A stretch of DNA of 64,000 nt, taken from contig OY762897.2 of assembly GCA_963666515.2 (NCBI GenBank), forward strand, positions 1,920,001-1,984,000, in the 5' to 3' direction. Below, in pieces: positions 27,621 to 39,945 of this stretch. Made by a program: the position numbers and the translations under genes. The notes under the pieces are model-generated. The model saw only the letters and a list, made by a program, of their open reading frames with translations, was not told the origin of the DNA and searched no databases. The first letter of the stretch is position 1. Each line of letters begins with the position of its first letter. The stretch comes from Candidatus Binatia bacterium. GTDB lineage: Bacteria; Desulfobacterota; Binatia; UBA9968; JAJDTQ01.

Positions 27621-30600
27621 ATGGCCAAGGCTGACCGGCTTGTCGTGGTTTGGGCGCTCCTGGCACTGCTTGCCGGGCTGTCGGGGCTCGCCGGGCCCGC
27701 GGCGGCGCAGCAGCGGAGTATCGATGTGTCCTGGCCGGAACACGCCAACTACGTGTCAGTGCACGGCCAGAACAACTACCTCGTGTCGCTCACCAGTGCG
27801 CCGACCGCCGATGTGACGGTCACAATCACCAAGGGCTTATGCTTTCCGACCCAGGGTGCGGCCGACGAGTTCAGCGTGAGCCCGACTTCGCTGACCTTCA
27901 CCAGCTCGAACTGGAGCTCGCCGCAGACCGTGTGGGTCTCCGGCGAAGACGTCTTGAACGAGGCCTGCGGGTTCGCCCACACGGCGACCAGCGACGACAC
28001 CGGCTACGACGAGCTGGTCCACACGCACTACGTCCTGGGCGTTGCCGCACTCTCAAAAATAATGCTGATCCCGACTCTCCGGGCAAGGGGGCTGCTCACG
28101 GGTGAGGGCGGCACCGGAGCCAAGCTGGGCATCTGGCTCACGAACAGGCCGAGCGACACGGTGACGGTGACGGTGTCGCGAACCAAGGGGGACTCGGACA
28201 TCACCGTCAGCCCGAGTTCGGTGACCTTCCCCGTCTCCAACTGGTCGACAATCCGAGAGGTGACGTTCAGCGCCCGGGAGGACGAGGACGCGCTGGCCGG
28301 TCAAACCCACTTCCAGGCCGTGGCGAGCGGCGGCGGCTATAGCGTAACGGAGAAATTCAGGGTCGACGAAGCAGACGACGACATCCCGCTCGGGAAGCCC
28401 AAGAACCTGACCGCGACCGGGGGCGACGGCTCGGCCACCCTGAGCTGGAGGGCTGTCGTTACCAGCAAATCTGTGGTCTACAAGTACCAGTACCAGTACA
28501 AGACCACCGGCGCCTGGGGCGCCTGGACGGACGTCACCGGCAGCCTCACCGGCGCCACCCTCAGCTACAAGGTAACCGGCCTCACCAACGGGACGCTCCA
28601 CACCTTCAGGGTCCGGGCCCACAACGACGTCGCAGGCGCCGCTTCGGACGAGGCGACGGCCACGCCGCTGGCGCCGCTCTCGTTCGGCACGAACACGATC
28701 CCGGACTACAGCCTCGCGCAGAGCCAGGCCATCACCACGGTCACCCTGCCCGAGGCAACCGGCGGTCTCGCGCCGCTCACTTATTCCCTGGCCAAGACCA
28801 GCGGCAGCCCGACGCTGCCGCCGGGGCTCACGTTCACCGCAGCGTCGCGGCAGCTCTCCGGCACCCCCACGACGCTGCAGACCGCGGCGGAGTACACCTA
28901 CACCGTCACCGACAGCGCAACGCCCGCCAACACCGCGACGCTGACCTTCGACATCGCGGTCACCACGGACAGCGCGCCGTCGCTGGGGGCCGTGACGGAC
29001 CGGAGCTTCCACCAGGCGAGCGCCATCGGCGACGTGGTGCTGCCCGCGGCGACCGGCGGCAACGGGCCGCTCACCTACACCCTGGCGCGCACCAGCGGAT
29101 CGCCGGCGCTGCCGCCGGGGCTCAGCTTCGACGGGGCGACGCACACCCTCTCCGGCACCCCGACCGGCACCCAGTCGGCGGTCGGCTACACCTACACCGT
29201 CACCGACAGCGACGGTGACGCGGCCACCGCGACCTTCAACATCACGGTCACCCAGGACAACCAGCCGTCGTTCGGCGACCAGACCGTGGCGGACCAGACC
29301 TGGTACAAGGACATCGCGACCGCCACCGTGACGCTGCCGCAGGCCACCGGCGGCGACACGCCGCTCACCTACACGCTGGCGAAGACCACCGGCACGCCCG
29401 CCCTGCCGCCCGGCGTCAGCTTCGCCGCGGCGAGCCGGCAGCTCACCGGCACGCCCACGGCCACCCAGTCGGCCGCGGGCTACACCTACACCGTCACCGA
29501 CCACGACGGCGACACCGCGACGCTGACCTTCGACATCGGGATCGGCGTCAACACCGCCCCCACCGCCACCGCCGGCGCGGACCGGCGGGCGGCGCTCGGG
29601 GCGACCGTGACCCTCGACGGCAGCAAGAGCAGCGACCCCGAGAAGCAGACCCTCACCTTCGCCTGGACCCACAGCGGCGGCTCGCCCAGCGTCGCCCTGA
29701 CCGGGGCGGACACCGCCAGCCCGAGCTTCACCGCGCCCGCCAGCCTGTCGAGCGAAGCCGACCTCACCTTCACCTTGACGGTCACCGACCCGGGCGGCCT
29801 GACCGCGACCGACACGGTGACCGTCACCGTGGCCACCGCAACGACCAACCGGACGCCGACGGCCAACGCGGGCGCCGACCGCGACGTGCGGGAGGGCGCG
29901 ACGGTCACCCTCGACGGCAGCAAGAGCAGCGACCCGGAGCACGAGACCCTGACCTACGCCTGGGCCCAGAAGGTCCAGGCGCCCATCCCCATCGACCCGC
30001 AACAGCCGCCCGACCTGACGCCGCCGGTCACCCCCACCGTCACCCTGACCGGGGCGACCACCGCCAAGCCCACCTTCACCGCCCCGGAGGTGAGCGGCGA
30101 CACGCCCATCACGTTCACCCTCAAGGTGACCGACGCCAGCAACAACGAGTCCACGGCGGACGAGGTGACGATCACGGTCAAGAACAACAACCAGCCCGCG
30201 GCCAACGCCGGCGCCGACCAGACCGTGTCCGAGGGCGCGAGCGTGACCCTCGACGGCAGCGCCAGCAACGACCTCGACTCCGGCGACACCCTGACCTACG
30301 CCTGGTCCCAGACCGCCGGCACGCCGGACGTGACCCTGACCGGGGCGACCACCGCCAAGCCCACCTTCACCGCGCCGTCCCAGCTCGCGGCGAACGCGTC
30401 TCTGACCTTCACCCTGACGGTCAGCGACGGGCTCAAGACTGACACGGACACGGTCACGGTCACGGTCACCGCGGGGGCGAACGACGCGCCCACGGCGAAC
30501 GCCGGAGCCGACCAGACGGTGGGGGACGGCGCCGTGGTGACCCTCGACGGCAGCGGCAGCAGCGATCCGGAGAAGCAGACGCTGACCTACGCCTGGTCCC

Positions 30601-33600
30601 AGACCGCCGGGACCACGGTGACCCTCAGCAGCGCGACGATCGCGAAGCCGGTCTTCACCGCGCCGGGGGGCCTGTCGAACGACGCCACGCTGACCTTCAG
30701 CCTGACCGTGACCGACCCGGGCGGCCTGGCGTCGTCCGCGGACACGGTGACGATCACCGTGCAGGCGAACACCGCGCCCACCGCCGACGCCGGGAGCGAC
30801 CGCTACGCCGCGGAGGGCGCCACAGTGACCCTCGACGGCAGCGCCAGCACCGACGCGGAGAGCCGGACCCTGACCTACGCCTGGTCCCACAGCGCGGGCT
30901 CGCCCGCGGTGACGCTGACCGGACCGGCCACCGCAAGCCCGAGCTTCACCGCGCCCACCGGCCTCACCCAGGACGCGGCCCTCACCTTCACCCTGACGGT
31001 GACCGACGAGCGCGGCCTGACCGCGACGGACACGGTGGTGGTGACGGTGGCGACCGCGGCGAACAACCAAGCCCCGACCGCCAACGCGGGCGCCGACCAG
31101 ACGATCTCGGAAAGCCTCACCGTGACCCTCGACGGCAGCGCCAGCACCGACCGCGAGGGCGAGGCCCTGGCTTGGGCATGGACCCAGACCGGCACGCCGG
31201 CGGTGACGCTTTCCAGCGCCACCGCGGCGAAGCCCACCTTCACCGCGCCCGCGGTGGCGACCGATACGACCCTGACCTTCAGCCTGACCGTGACCGCGGG
31301 CGGCAAGACCTCGGCCGCGGACACGGTGACGGTGACGGTCAAGGACAACGCGGCCCCGACCGCCAACGCCGGCGCCGACCAGACCGTGTTCGAGAACACG
31401 ACGGCGACCCTCGACGGCAGTGCCAGCACCGACCCGGAGAGCCAGACCCTGACGTACGTCTGGACCCAGATCGGCACGCCGCCGGTGACCCTCTCCAGCG
31501 CGACCGCGGCAAGCCCGACCTTCACCGCGCCCGCGGTCGAGGGCGACACGCCCCTCACCTTCAGCCTGACCGTGACGGACTCGCTGGGCCTCCCCTCCGC
31601 CGCGGACACGGTGACGGTGACGGTGGCCAACAACACCGCGCCGACCGCAAACGCCGGCGCCGACCAGACGGTCACGGAAGGGGTGACGGTGACCCTCGAC
31701 GGCAGCGCCAGCAGCGACGCCGAGAGCAGCACGCTGACGTACGCTTGGTCCCAGACCTCGGGGCCGACGGCGACGCTATCGAGCGCGTCGGCGGCGAGGC
31801 CCACCTTCGCCGCCCCGGCAGTGGCGTCGAACACGGACCTCGTCTTCAGCCTGACCGTGACCGACCCAGGCGGGCTCGTCTCCACCGCGGACACGGTGAC
31901 GATCACCGTAGGCAACAACACCGCTCCGGTGGCCAACGCGGGCGCGGACCGGACCGTCGCCGAGAGCGCCGCGGTGACCCTCGACGGCAGCGCCAGCAGC
32001 GACCCGGACAAGCAGACCCTCGCGTACGCCTGGACCCAGACCTCGGGCACGGACGTGACGCTCTCGAGCGCCGCCGCGGCGAAGCCGACCTTCACCGCGC
32101 CTTCCAGCCTGTCCAACAACGCCGCGCTGATCTTCCGGCTCACGGTCACCGATGCCGGCGGCCTCACCGCGACGGACACGGTGACGGTCACGGTGGTCGC
32201 CGCGGCGAACAACCAGGCGCCGACTGCGGACGCGGGCGCCGACCGGACGGTGGCCGCGAGCCTGCCGGTGACCCTCGACGGGAGCGGCAGCTACGATCCG
32301 GAGGGCGAGACCCTGACCTACGCCTGGTCCCAGACCGCCGGTCCAACGGTGACCCTGAGCAGCGCCTCGGCGGACAGCCCCACCTTCACCGCGCCCTCCT
32401 CGGCCGCCACTCTGACCTTCAGCCTGACCGTCACCGCGGGCGGCAAGACCTCGTCCGCGGACACGGTGACGATCACGGTGACGGCGACCGCGAACGCCCC
32501 GCCGGTGGCCAACGCCGGCGCCGACCGGCGGGCGTCCGAGGGCGCGACGGTGACCCTCGACGGCAGCGCCAGCTCCGACCCGGAAGACCAGACCCTCACC
32601 TACGCCTGGTCCCACACCTCCGGCCTGCCCTCGGTGAACCTGACCGGCGCGAACACCGCGAAGCCCACCTTCACCGCGCCCTCCAGCCTGTCGAGCGACG
32701 CGGCCCTGACCTTCACCCTGACCGTGACCGACCCGGGCGGGCTGACCGGCGCCGACACGGTGACGATCACCGTGCCCACCGCAACCAACAACACCGCGCC
32801 CACCGCCAACGCCGGCGCCGACCAGACCGCGGCCACCAGCGCCACGGTCACCCTCGACGGCAGCGCCAGTTCCGACCCGGAGGGCGACGCCCTGACCTTC
32901 GCCTGGACCCAGACCGCTGGCACGAACGTGACGCTCTCCAGCGCCACCGCGTCACAGCCCACCTTCACCGCGCCGGCCTCGGCCTCCACCCTGACCTTCA
33001 GCCTGACGGTCACCGCCGGCGGCAAGTCCTCGACCGCGGACACGGTGACGATCACCGTCCAGGCGAACACCGCGCCCACCGCCAACGCCGGCGCCGACCA
33101 GACCGTGGTGGAGGGTGCCACGGTGACCCTCGACGGCAGCACCAGCACCGATCCGGAGAGCCAAGCGCTGACGTATGCCTGGACCCGGACCGCCGGGCCG
33201 GCGGTGACCCTCTCCAGCGCGACCGCGGTGAGCCCCACCTTCACCGCGCCGGCCGTGGCCGCGGACACGACGCTCACCTTCAGCCTGACCGTCACCGACT
33301 CGGGCGGCCTCGCGTCCTCCGCGGACACGGTGACGGTGACGGTGAAGAACAACAGCGCGCCGACCGCCAACGCCGGCGCCGACCGGCGCGCGGCCCAGGG
33401 GACCTCGGTGACCCTCGACGGCAGCGCCAGCAGCGATGCGGATAACGAGACCCTGACCTTCGCCTGGTCCCAGACCGCGGGCGCCACGGTGACGCTCAGC
33501 GACGCGGCCGCCGCGAAGCCGACCTTCACCGCGCCGTCGAGCCTGTCGAGCGATGCAGTCCTCACCTTCCGCCTGACCGTCACCGACCCGAACGGCGCCA

Positions 33601-35036
33601 CGGGCACGGACACGGTGACGATCACCGTGCCGACGGCGGCGAACAACCAGGCGCCCACCGCGGACGCGGGCCGCAACCGGGCGGTGCAGGAAGACGCCAG
33701 GGTGCAGTTGGACGGGAGCGGCAGCAGCGACCCGGAAGGCGAGGCCCTGACCTTCTCGTGGACACAGACGAGCGGACCCTCCGTGACCCTCAACGACGCG
33801 GACACCGCGAAGCTGCGGTTCCGGGCGCCGGCCCAGCTCGTGAGCAACGCGGCGCTCGTGTTCCGGCTGACGGTGACCGCGGGCGGCAAGTCGGCGACCG
33901 ACACGGTGCGGGTGCGGGTGACGGCCGGGACGAACGACGCACCCACCGCGGACGCGGGGCCGGACCAGCGGGTGGGCGAGACCGCGACCGTGACCCTGGA
34001 CGGGTCCGGCAGCAGCGACCCCGAGGGCGAGACCCTGACCTACGCCTGGACCCAGATCGGCACGCCGGCGGTCACGCTGTCGAGCGCCACCGCGGCCTCG
34101 CCGACCTTCACCGCCCCGACCGTGAACACCGACACGGACCTCACCTTCAGCCTGACCGTGACCGACGCGCGGGGGCTCGCGTCCCCGGCCGACACCGTGA
34201 CAGTGACCGTGCGGGACGGCGCGCCGACCGCCAACGCCGGCCCGGACCAGAAGGTGATCGAAGGCTCGACGGCGACGCTCAACGGCGCCGGCAGCAGCGA
34301 CCCGGACGGCCAGACCCTGACCTACGCCTGGACCCAGATCGGCACGCCGGCGGTGACGCTGTCGAGCGCCACCGCGGCCTCGCCGACCTTCACCGCCCCG
34401 ACCGTGAACGCCGACACGAAGCTCACCTTCAGCCTGACCGTGACCGACGCGGGCGGCCTCGTCTCCACCGCGGACACGGTCTCGGTGACGGTGGACGACA
34501 ACGACCCGCCGGTCGCCGACGCGGGCAGCGACCAGACGGTCATCGCGGGCGCCTCGGTGACCCTGGACGGCAGCGCCAGCCGCGACCCCGAGAAGCAGAC
34601 GCTGACCTTCGCTTGGGCGCAGCTCCCGACCCCGCCGGCGGCGAACATCGTGAACGCGGTTGCCCTGACCGGCCCGAGCACCTCCGGCCCGACCTTCACC
34701 GCCCCGCAGTTGACCCGGGACGCGACACTGACCTTCGGGCTCCTGGTGACGGACCCGCAGGGCCTCGTCTCGACCACCGACACGGTGCAGGTGCTGGTCC
34801 AGGGCACGCCCGCTGCGCCCACCGGCCTGACCGCGGCGTACGCCTACCCGGGGGTCACCCTGTCGTGGACGGACCGAACGACTCCGCGATCACGAAGTGG
34901 CAGTACCGGTGGCGGCGGAGCAACGACCAGACCTGGGACCCCTGGGAGGACCTCCCGAACAGCGGCGCGTCCACCACGTCGGCCAAGGTCGCCGGGGGCG
35001 CCGGCGCGACCCTCGTGTTCCAGGTCCGGGCGGTGA
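27621..35036 (+). CDS. Adhesin segment 1: signal peptide, two Ig-like domains, FN3, three putative-Ig domains, 18 PKD-like repeats (out of frame after ~34875)
   Basis: MAKADRLVVVWALLALLAGLSGLAGPAAA signal; LPPGLTF...LSGTPT repeats; ANAGADQ...VTLDGS.S.DP...LTYAW.Q repeats. Confidence 0.88.
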   Translation: MAKADRLVVVWALLALLAGLSGLAGPAAAQQRSIDVSWPEHANYVSVHGQNNYLVSLTSAPTADVTVTITKGLCFPTQGAADEFSVSPTSLTFTSSNWSSPQTVWVSGEDVLNEACGFAHTATSDDTGYDELVHTHYVLGVAALSKIMLIPTLRARGLLTGEGGTGAKLGIWLTNRPSDTVTVTVSRTKGDSDITVSPSSVTFPVSNWSTIREVTFSAREDEDALAGQTHFQAVASGGGYSVTEKFRVDEADDDIPLGKPKNLTATGGDGSATLSWRAVVTSKSVVYKYQYQYKTTGAWGAWTDVTGSLTGATLSYKVTGLTNGTLHTFRVRAHNDVAGAASDEATATPLAPLSFGTNTIPDYSLAQSQAITTVTLPEATGGLAPLTYSLAKTSGSPTLPPGLTFTAASRQLSGTPTTLQTAAEYTYTVTDSATPANTATLTFDIAVTTDSAPSLGAVTDRSFHQASAIGDVVLPAATGGNGPLTYTLARTSGSPALPPGLSFDGATHTLSGTPTGTQSAVGYTYTVTDSDGDAATATFNITVTQDNQPSFGDQTVADQTWYKDIATATVTLPQATGGDTPLTYTLAKTTGTPALPPGVSFAAASRQLTGTPTATQSAAGYTYTVTDHDGDTATLTFDIGIGVNTAPTATAGADRRAALGATVTLDGSKSSDPEKQTLTFAWTHSGGSPSVALTGADTASPSFTAPASLSSEADLTFTLTVTDPGGLTATDTVTVTVATATTNRTPTANAGADRDVREGATVTLDGSKSSDPEHETLTYAWAQKVQAPIPIDPQQPPDLTPPVTPTVTLTGATTAKPTFTAPEVSGDTPITFTLKVTDASNNESTADEVTITVKNNNQPAANAGADQTVSEGASVTLDGSASNDLDSGDTLTYAWSQTAGTPDVTLTGATTAKPTFTAPSQLAANASLTFTLTVSDGLKTDTDTVTVTVTAGANDAPTANAGADQTVGDGAVVTLDGSGSSDPEKQTLTYAWSQTAGTTVTLSSATIAKPVFTAPGGLSNDATLTFSLTVTDPGGLASSADTVTITVQANTAPTADAGSDRYAAEGATVTLDGSASTDAESRTLTYAWSHSAGSPAVTLTGPATASPSFTAPTGLTQDAALTFTLTVTDERGLTATDTVVVTVATAANNQAPTANAGADQTISESLTVTLDGSASTDREGEALAWAWTQTGTPAVTLSSATAAKPTFTAPAVATDTTLTFSLTVTAGGKTSAADTVTVTVKDNAAPTANAGADQTVFENTTATLDGSASTDPESQTLTYVWTQIGTPPVTLSSATAASPTFTAPAVEGDTPLTFSLTVTDSLGLPSAADTVTVTVANNTAPTANAGADQTVTEGVTVTLDGSASSDAESSTLTYAWSQTSGPTATLSSASAARPTFAAPAVASNTDLVFSLTVTDPGGLVSTADTVTITVGNNTAPVANAGADRTVAESAAVTLDGSASSDPDKQTLAYAWTQTSGTDVTLSSAAAAKPTFTAPSSLSNNAALIFRLTVTDAGGLTATDTVTVTVVAAANNQAPTADAGADRTVAASLPVTLDGSGSYDPEGETLTYAWSQTAGPTVTLSSASADSPTFTAPSSAATLTFSLTVTAGGKTSSADTVTITVTATANAPPVANAGADRRASEGATVTLDGSASSDPEDQTLTYAWSHTSGLPSVNLTGANTAKPTFTAPSSLSSDAALTFTLTVTDPGGLTGADTVTITVPTATNNTAPTANAGADQTAATSATVTLDGSASSDPEGDALTFAWTQTAGTNVTLSSATASQPTFTAPASASTLTFSLTVTAGGKSSTADTVTITVQANTAPTANAGADQTVVEGATVTLDGSTSTDPESQALTYAWTRTAGPAVTLSSATAVSPTFTAPAVAADTTLTFSLTVTDSGGLASSADTVTVTVKNNSAPTANAGADRRAAQGTSVTLDGSASSDADNETLTFAWSQTAGATVTLSDAAAAKPTFTAPSSLSSDAVLTFRLTVTDPNGATGTDTVTITVPTAANNQAPTADAGRNRAVQEDARVQLDGSGSSDPEGEALTFSWTQTSGPSVTLNDADTAKLRFRAPAQLVSNAALVFRLTVTAGGKSATDTVRVRVTAGTNDAPTADAGPDQRVGETATVTLDGSGSSDPEGETLTYAWTQIGTPAVTLSSATAASPTFTAPTVNTDTDLTFSLTVTDARGLASPADTVTVTVRDGAPTANAGPDQKVIEGSTATLNGAGSSDPDGQTLTYAWTQIGTPAVTLSSATAASPTFTAPTVNADTKLTFSLTVTDAGGLVSTADTVSVTVDDNDPPVADAGSDQTVIAGASVTLDGSASRDPEKQTLTFAWAQLPTPPAANIVNAVALTGPSTSGPTFTAPQLTRDATLTFGLLVTDPQGLVSTTDTVQVLVQGTPAAPTGLTAAYAYPGVTLSWTDRTTPRSRSGSTGGGGATTRPGTPGRTSRTAARPPRRPRSPGAPARPSCSRSGR
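29550..34800 (+). repeat. PKD-like repeat block 1 (18 units, ~95 aa each)
   Basis: Counted from the translation of the 27621 ORF. Confidence 0.85.
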
Positions 35037-38000
35037 ACGCCAACGGCAACGGCCTGCCCTCGAACACCGCATCCGAGCTGATGCCGCCGCTGCCGCCGAC
35101 CGGGCTCAAGTCCGACGGCGGCAACGGCCAGGTGACCCTCTCCTGGACGGACCCGCAGGACTCCTCGATCACCTCATGGGAATACCGGCGGAAGACCGGC
35201 GAGGGCTACCAGTCCTGGAACACGGTGCAGAACAGCGGCGCGACCACCACCAGCGCCACCGTCACCGGCCTCGACGACGGCTTCGCCTACACCTTCCAGG
35301 TGCGGGCGGTCAACGCCACCGCGGCCGGCGGCGACTCCGGCGACGTCGCGGCCATGACCATCCCCGCCAAGCGCAAGGTGACCGCCACTCCCGGGGAGGG
35401 CCAGGTCACCCTCGGTTGGGGCGGCCCGAGCCTCTCCCACGTCACGAAGTTCCAGTACAGGAAGAAGAGTGCGGGCGCCACGGGCTACGGCGCCTGGACC
35501 GACGTGCCGGGCAGCAGCGCCTCCACCACCGGCTACACGGTCACCGGACTCGCACCCGGGACCGAGTACGCGTTCCAGGTGCGCGCGGTGAACGCCGGCG
35601 GCAACGGCGTCGCCTCGGACGAGGTCAAGGCGACGCCGACCGGGGACGCGGCGACCCAGGCGCCGGCCGCGCCGACCATCTTCATCGGGACCGGCGACGC
35701 GAAGGTGCGCCTCTCCTGGAACGACCCGAACGACAGCTCGATCAGCCGCTACGACTACCGGCAGAAGACGGCCGGGTCCTGGGGCAGCGCCGTGTCCATC
35801 CCCGACAGCGGCTCGTCCACCACGAGCCACATCGTGACCGGCCTCACCAACGGATCGGCCTACGCGTTCCAGGTGCGCGCCGTGAACAGCGTCGGCTCCA
35901 GCGCCTGGTCGAACGAGGTCTCGACGACCCTGTTCACCAAGCCGACCGGGCTGACCGCGACCCCCCGCGACGGCGGCGCCGACCTGTCGTGGACGGACCC
36001 GAACGACTCCACCATCGGCCGCTGGCACTTCCGCTACCGGACCGACGGCGGACGCTACGGCGGGTGGCGCCTCATCAGCGGCAGCAGCGCCTCGACCACC
36101 TCGCACCGGGTGACCCCGCTCGACAACGGCCACACCTACGGCTTCCAGGTCCGTCCGATGAAGACCGGCGCCGAAGGCCCGGCATCGGACGAAGCGTCGG
36201 CGACCCTGATTCCCGCCAAGCCGGCCCTCGCGGCAAAGGCCGGCGACACGCAGGTGGTCCTGACCTGGACCGACCCGCAGAACAGCTCGATCACCCGCTG
36301 GAAGCTCCGCCGCAAGGACGGAAACAACGCCTGGGGATCCTGGACCCCGATCGAGGGCAGCGGCGCCTCGACCACCAGCCACACCGTCACCCAGCTCACC
36401 AACGGCACCGCCTACCAGTTCCGGGTGCGGGCGGTGAACGCCACCGGCGACGGCGAGATCTCGGACGCCGTGACGGCGACGCCCGAGGCGTTCCCGCCGG
36501 CCCCCACCGGTCTCACCGCGACCGGCGGCAACCGGACGGTGACCCTGGCCTGGACCTCCGGCGGCGGGGTCGGGATCACCGGCTGGCGGTTCCGTATGCG
36601 GGCGGGATCGCTCGGCTGGGACCACGACCCCCGCTGGTTCGACATCCCCGGCGGAGCCTCGGCCCGGACCCACACCGTGACCGGGCTGGAGAACTACACC
36701 GAGTACGGGTTCCAGGTGGCCGCGATCAACCACATCGGACCCGGCTACGCCTCGAACGAGGCCCGGGCCACCCCCCTGCCCGTGGTCCCCGCGGCGCCGA
36801 CCGGCCTCGCGGGCACCGCGGGCGACCGGCAGATCACGCTGAGCTGGACCCCGGGCGACGACGGCGGGTCGCCGGTCACGAGCTGGCAGTACCGGCAGAA
36901 GGAAGGGATCAACGCCTGGGGCGGCTGGACCGACGTGCCGGCGAACGACGTCATCACCGGCCTGACGAACAACACGACCTACCGCTTCAAGGTGCGGGGG
37001 GTGAACGCGGTGGGCGCTGGCGCGGAGAGCGCGGAATCCGATCCGATCTCGCCGTCGGCCGCGGCGCCGGCCGCGCCGGCCGGGCTCTCGGCAAAGACGG
37101 CGACCGCCAGCAGCGTGGTCCTCTCCTGGACGAGCCCGGGCGACTTCTCGATCACCGACTGGCAGTACGAGCAGGCCGCTCCGCCGGCGGTCCCGTTCGA
37201 CGGCGCCTGGTACTCCATCTCCGGCGCCGGCGCGGGCACCACCACGGGCACGGTCACCGGAGTGCCCGGCGGACGCGTCTGGAGCTTCAAGCTCCGCGCC
37301 GTGAACGGCATCGGCGACGGCGCGGCCTCCGCCGCGGTGCAGCCCCGGCCGGCAGCGCCGGCCCCGACAGTAGCCAAGGGCGTCGGCCAACTGACCGTCT
37401 CCTGGACCGCCCCCGCCAACCTCGGCCCGGCGATCTCGGGGTACACCGTGCAGTGGAAGTCCGGCGGCGAGAGCTTCGGCAGCACGCACCAAGCGACGAC
37501 GACGGCGACCAGCCACTCGATCACCCCACTGACGAACGGCACGGAGTACAGCATCCGCGTGCGGGCGTCCAACTCGGCCGGCGACGGCGACTGGTCGAGC
37601 GTCGTCACCGGCACGCCCAACGCCAACCCGCCGCTCAAGCCGTCGCGGCCGCGGGCGACCGCCGGCAACGCCCAGGTGTCGCTCGCCTGGACCGCCGGGG
37701 GCAACGGCGGCGCCGCGATCACCGGCTGGAAGTACCGGCAGAAGGCGGGCGCCGGCGACTGGGGCGACTGGACCTCGATCCTGGGCAGCAACGCCTCGAC
37801 CACCAGCCACACGGTGACGACGCTCACCAACGGGACCGAGTACACCTTCCAGGTGCGGGCCGTGAACTCAGCCGGCGACGGCGCGGCCAGCGACGACTCG
37901 AACCCGGTGACGCCGTCCACTACCGGCCCCACCGCACCGGCCGCGCCGACCTACCTCAAGGCGACCCCCGGCAACGCGCGGGCCGTCCTGAGCTGGACCG

Positions 38001-39945
38001 CGGGCGACGACGGCGACGCCGCGATCACGAGCTGGAAGGTCCGGCAGAAGGAAGGCACGAACGCCTGGGGCGCCTGGACCCCGATCGCCAACAGCGACGC
38101 ATCGACCACCAGCCACACGGCGACGACGCTCACCAACGGGACCGAGTACACCTTCCAGGTGCGGGCGGTGAACTCGGCCGGCGACGGCGCGGCCAGCGCC
38201 GAAACCACGGCGACGCCCGCGGGGCCGCCGGGAGCGCCGACCTACCTCAAGGTCGACGCCGAGCTCCACCAGCGCCTGCTCGCCGGTTGGGTGGCGCCGG
38301 CCGACAACGGCGGGGCCGCGATCACGCACTACCTGGTGCAGTGGAAGTCGGGGACGCAGGAGTTCTCCACCGCCCGGCAGGTCCGTGCCGGCGCCACGCC
38401 GCACCCGGAAGAGGGAATCAACAAAGGCAGCATCTTCGACCTGACGAACGGCACGACCTACACCCTACGGGTCCAGGCGGTGAACTCGGTCGGCGCCGGC
38501 CCGTGGTCGAGCACGGTCACCGGCACGCCGAAGGTGACCGTGCCGGACGCGCCGGCGGACTTCGCGGCGACGAAGGGCTACCAGCGGCTGAACGTCTCCT
38601 GGACCGCGCCGGCGAGCAACGGCTCGGACATCACCGGCTACACGGTCCAGTGGAAGACCTCTGTCCAGAACTTCGACTCGACGAGACAGAAGACGGCCAC
38701 CGGCACGACCGCCTCGATTACCGGGCTGACGAACGGCACCCAGTACACCCTGCGGGTGCGGGCGACGAATGGCGTCGGCGACGGCCCCTGGTCCGGGCTG
38801 GCCCAAGGTACGCCGAGCGCCGTGCCGGAAGCGCCCGCCGGGCTGGTCATCCGCACCTGGGACCGCTTCCTGACCTTCGGCTGGACCGCGCCCGAAGACA
38901 ACGGCTCGGACATCACCGGCTACACCGTGCAGTGGAAGTCCGGCGACGAGGAGTTCGGCGCCGAGAACCGTCAGCACACGACGACGAAAACCCAGCACTC
39001 CTGGGGCGCGCTGGTCAACGGCACCGGCTACACCTACCGGGTGCGGGCGGCGAACGCCAACGGCGACGGCCCCTGGTCCGCGGAGATGACCGGCACGCCG
39101 GGACACGCGCCCGCCAAGCCGACGCCCTTCACCGCGACCGGCGGCGACGGCCAGGCGACCCTCGCCTGGACCTCCGGCGGCGACGGCGGCTCCCCGATCA
39201 CGAAGTGGCAGATCCGCCGCCAGACCGCGACGAACGTCTGGGGCGACTGGGCCGACGTCGACGGCAGCGGCGCCTCGACCACGAGCCATACCGTGACCGG
39301 CCTCGACAACGGCCGCACGTACACGTTCCAGGTGCGCGCGGTGAACACGACCGGCGGCGGCGCCGCGTCGGACTCCTCGGTGGCGACCATGATTCCGGCG
39401 AAGCCGGCGGGCTTCGCGGCGACGCCGAACGACGGCAGCGTCGCCCTGTCGTGGACGAACCCGAACAACGCCTCGATCACCCGCTGGGAGTACCGCTACA
39501 AGACGGGCGCCGGGGACTTCGGCTCGTGGACCGAGGTGGCGAACAGCGGCGCCACCACCACCTCCGCCTCGGTGACCCTGGCGAACGGCAAGACCTACGG
39601 CTTCGAGCTGCGGGCGGTGAACGCCACCGGCGACGGCACGGCGTCGGACGAGGCGACGGCGACGATGATTCCGGCGGCGCCGGCCAACTTCGCGGCGGCG
39701 TCCGGGAACGCGAAGGCCCGGCTCTCCTGGACCGACCCGGGCAACGCCACGATCACGCGATGGGAGTACCGGCACAAGCGGGAGGGGCTCGAGTACGGCG
39801 CCTGGACGACCATCCCGAGCAGCACCGCCACCACCACCAGCCATACGGTCGGTCTCAGCAACGGCCAGACCTACACCGTTCAGGTCCGCGCCGTCAACGC
39901 CACCGGCGACGGCAACGCATCCGCCGAGATCACCGTCACGCCACG
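34815..39945 (+). repeat. Fibronectin type III repeat block (~18 units)
   Basis: P.GL.A..G...V.LSW...Y...GLTNGT.Y.FQVRAVN..G.G..S pattern. Confidence 0.88.
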
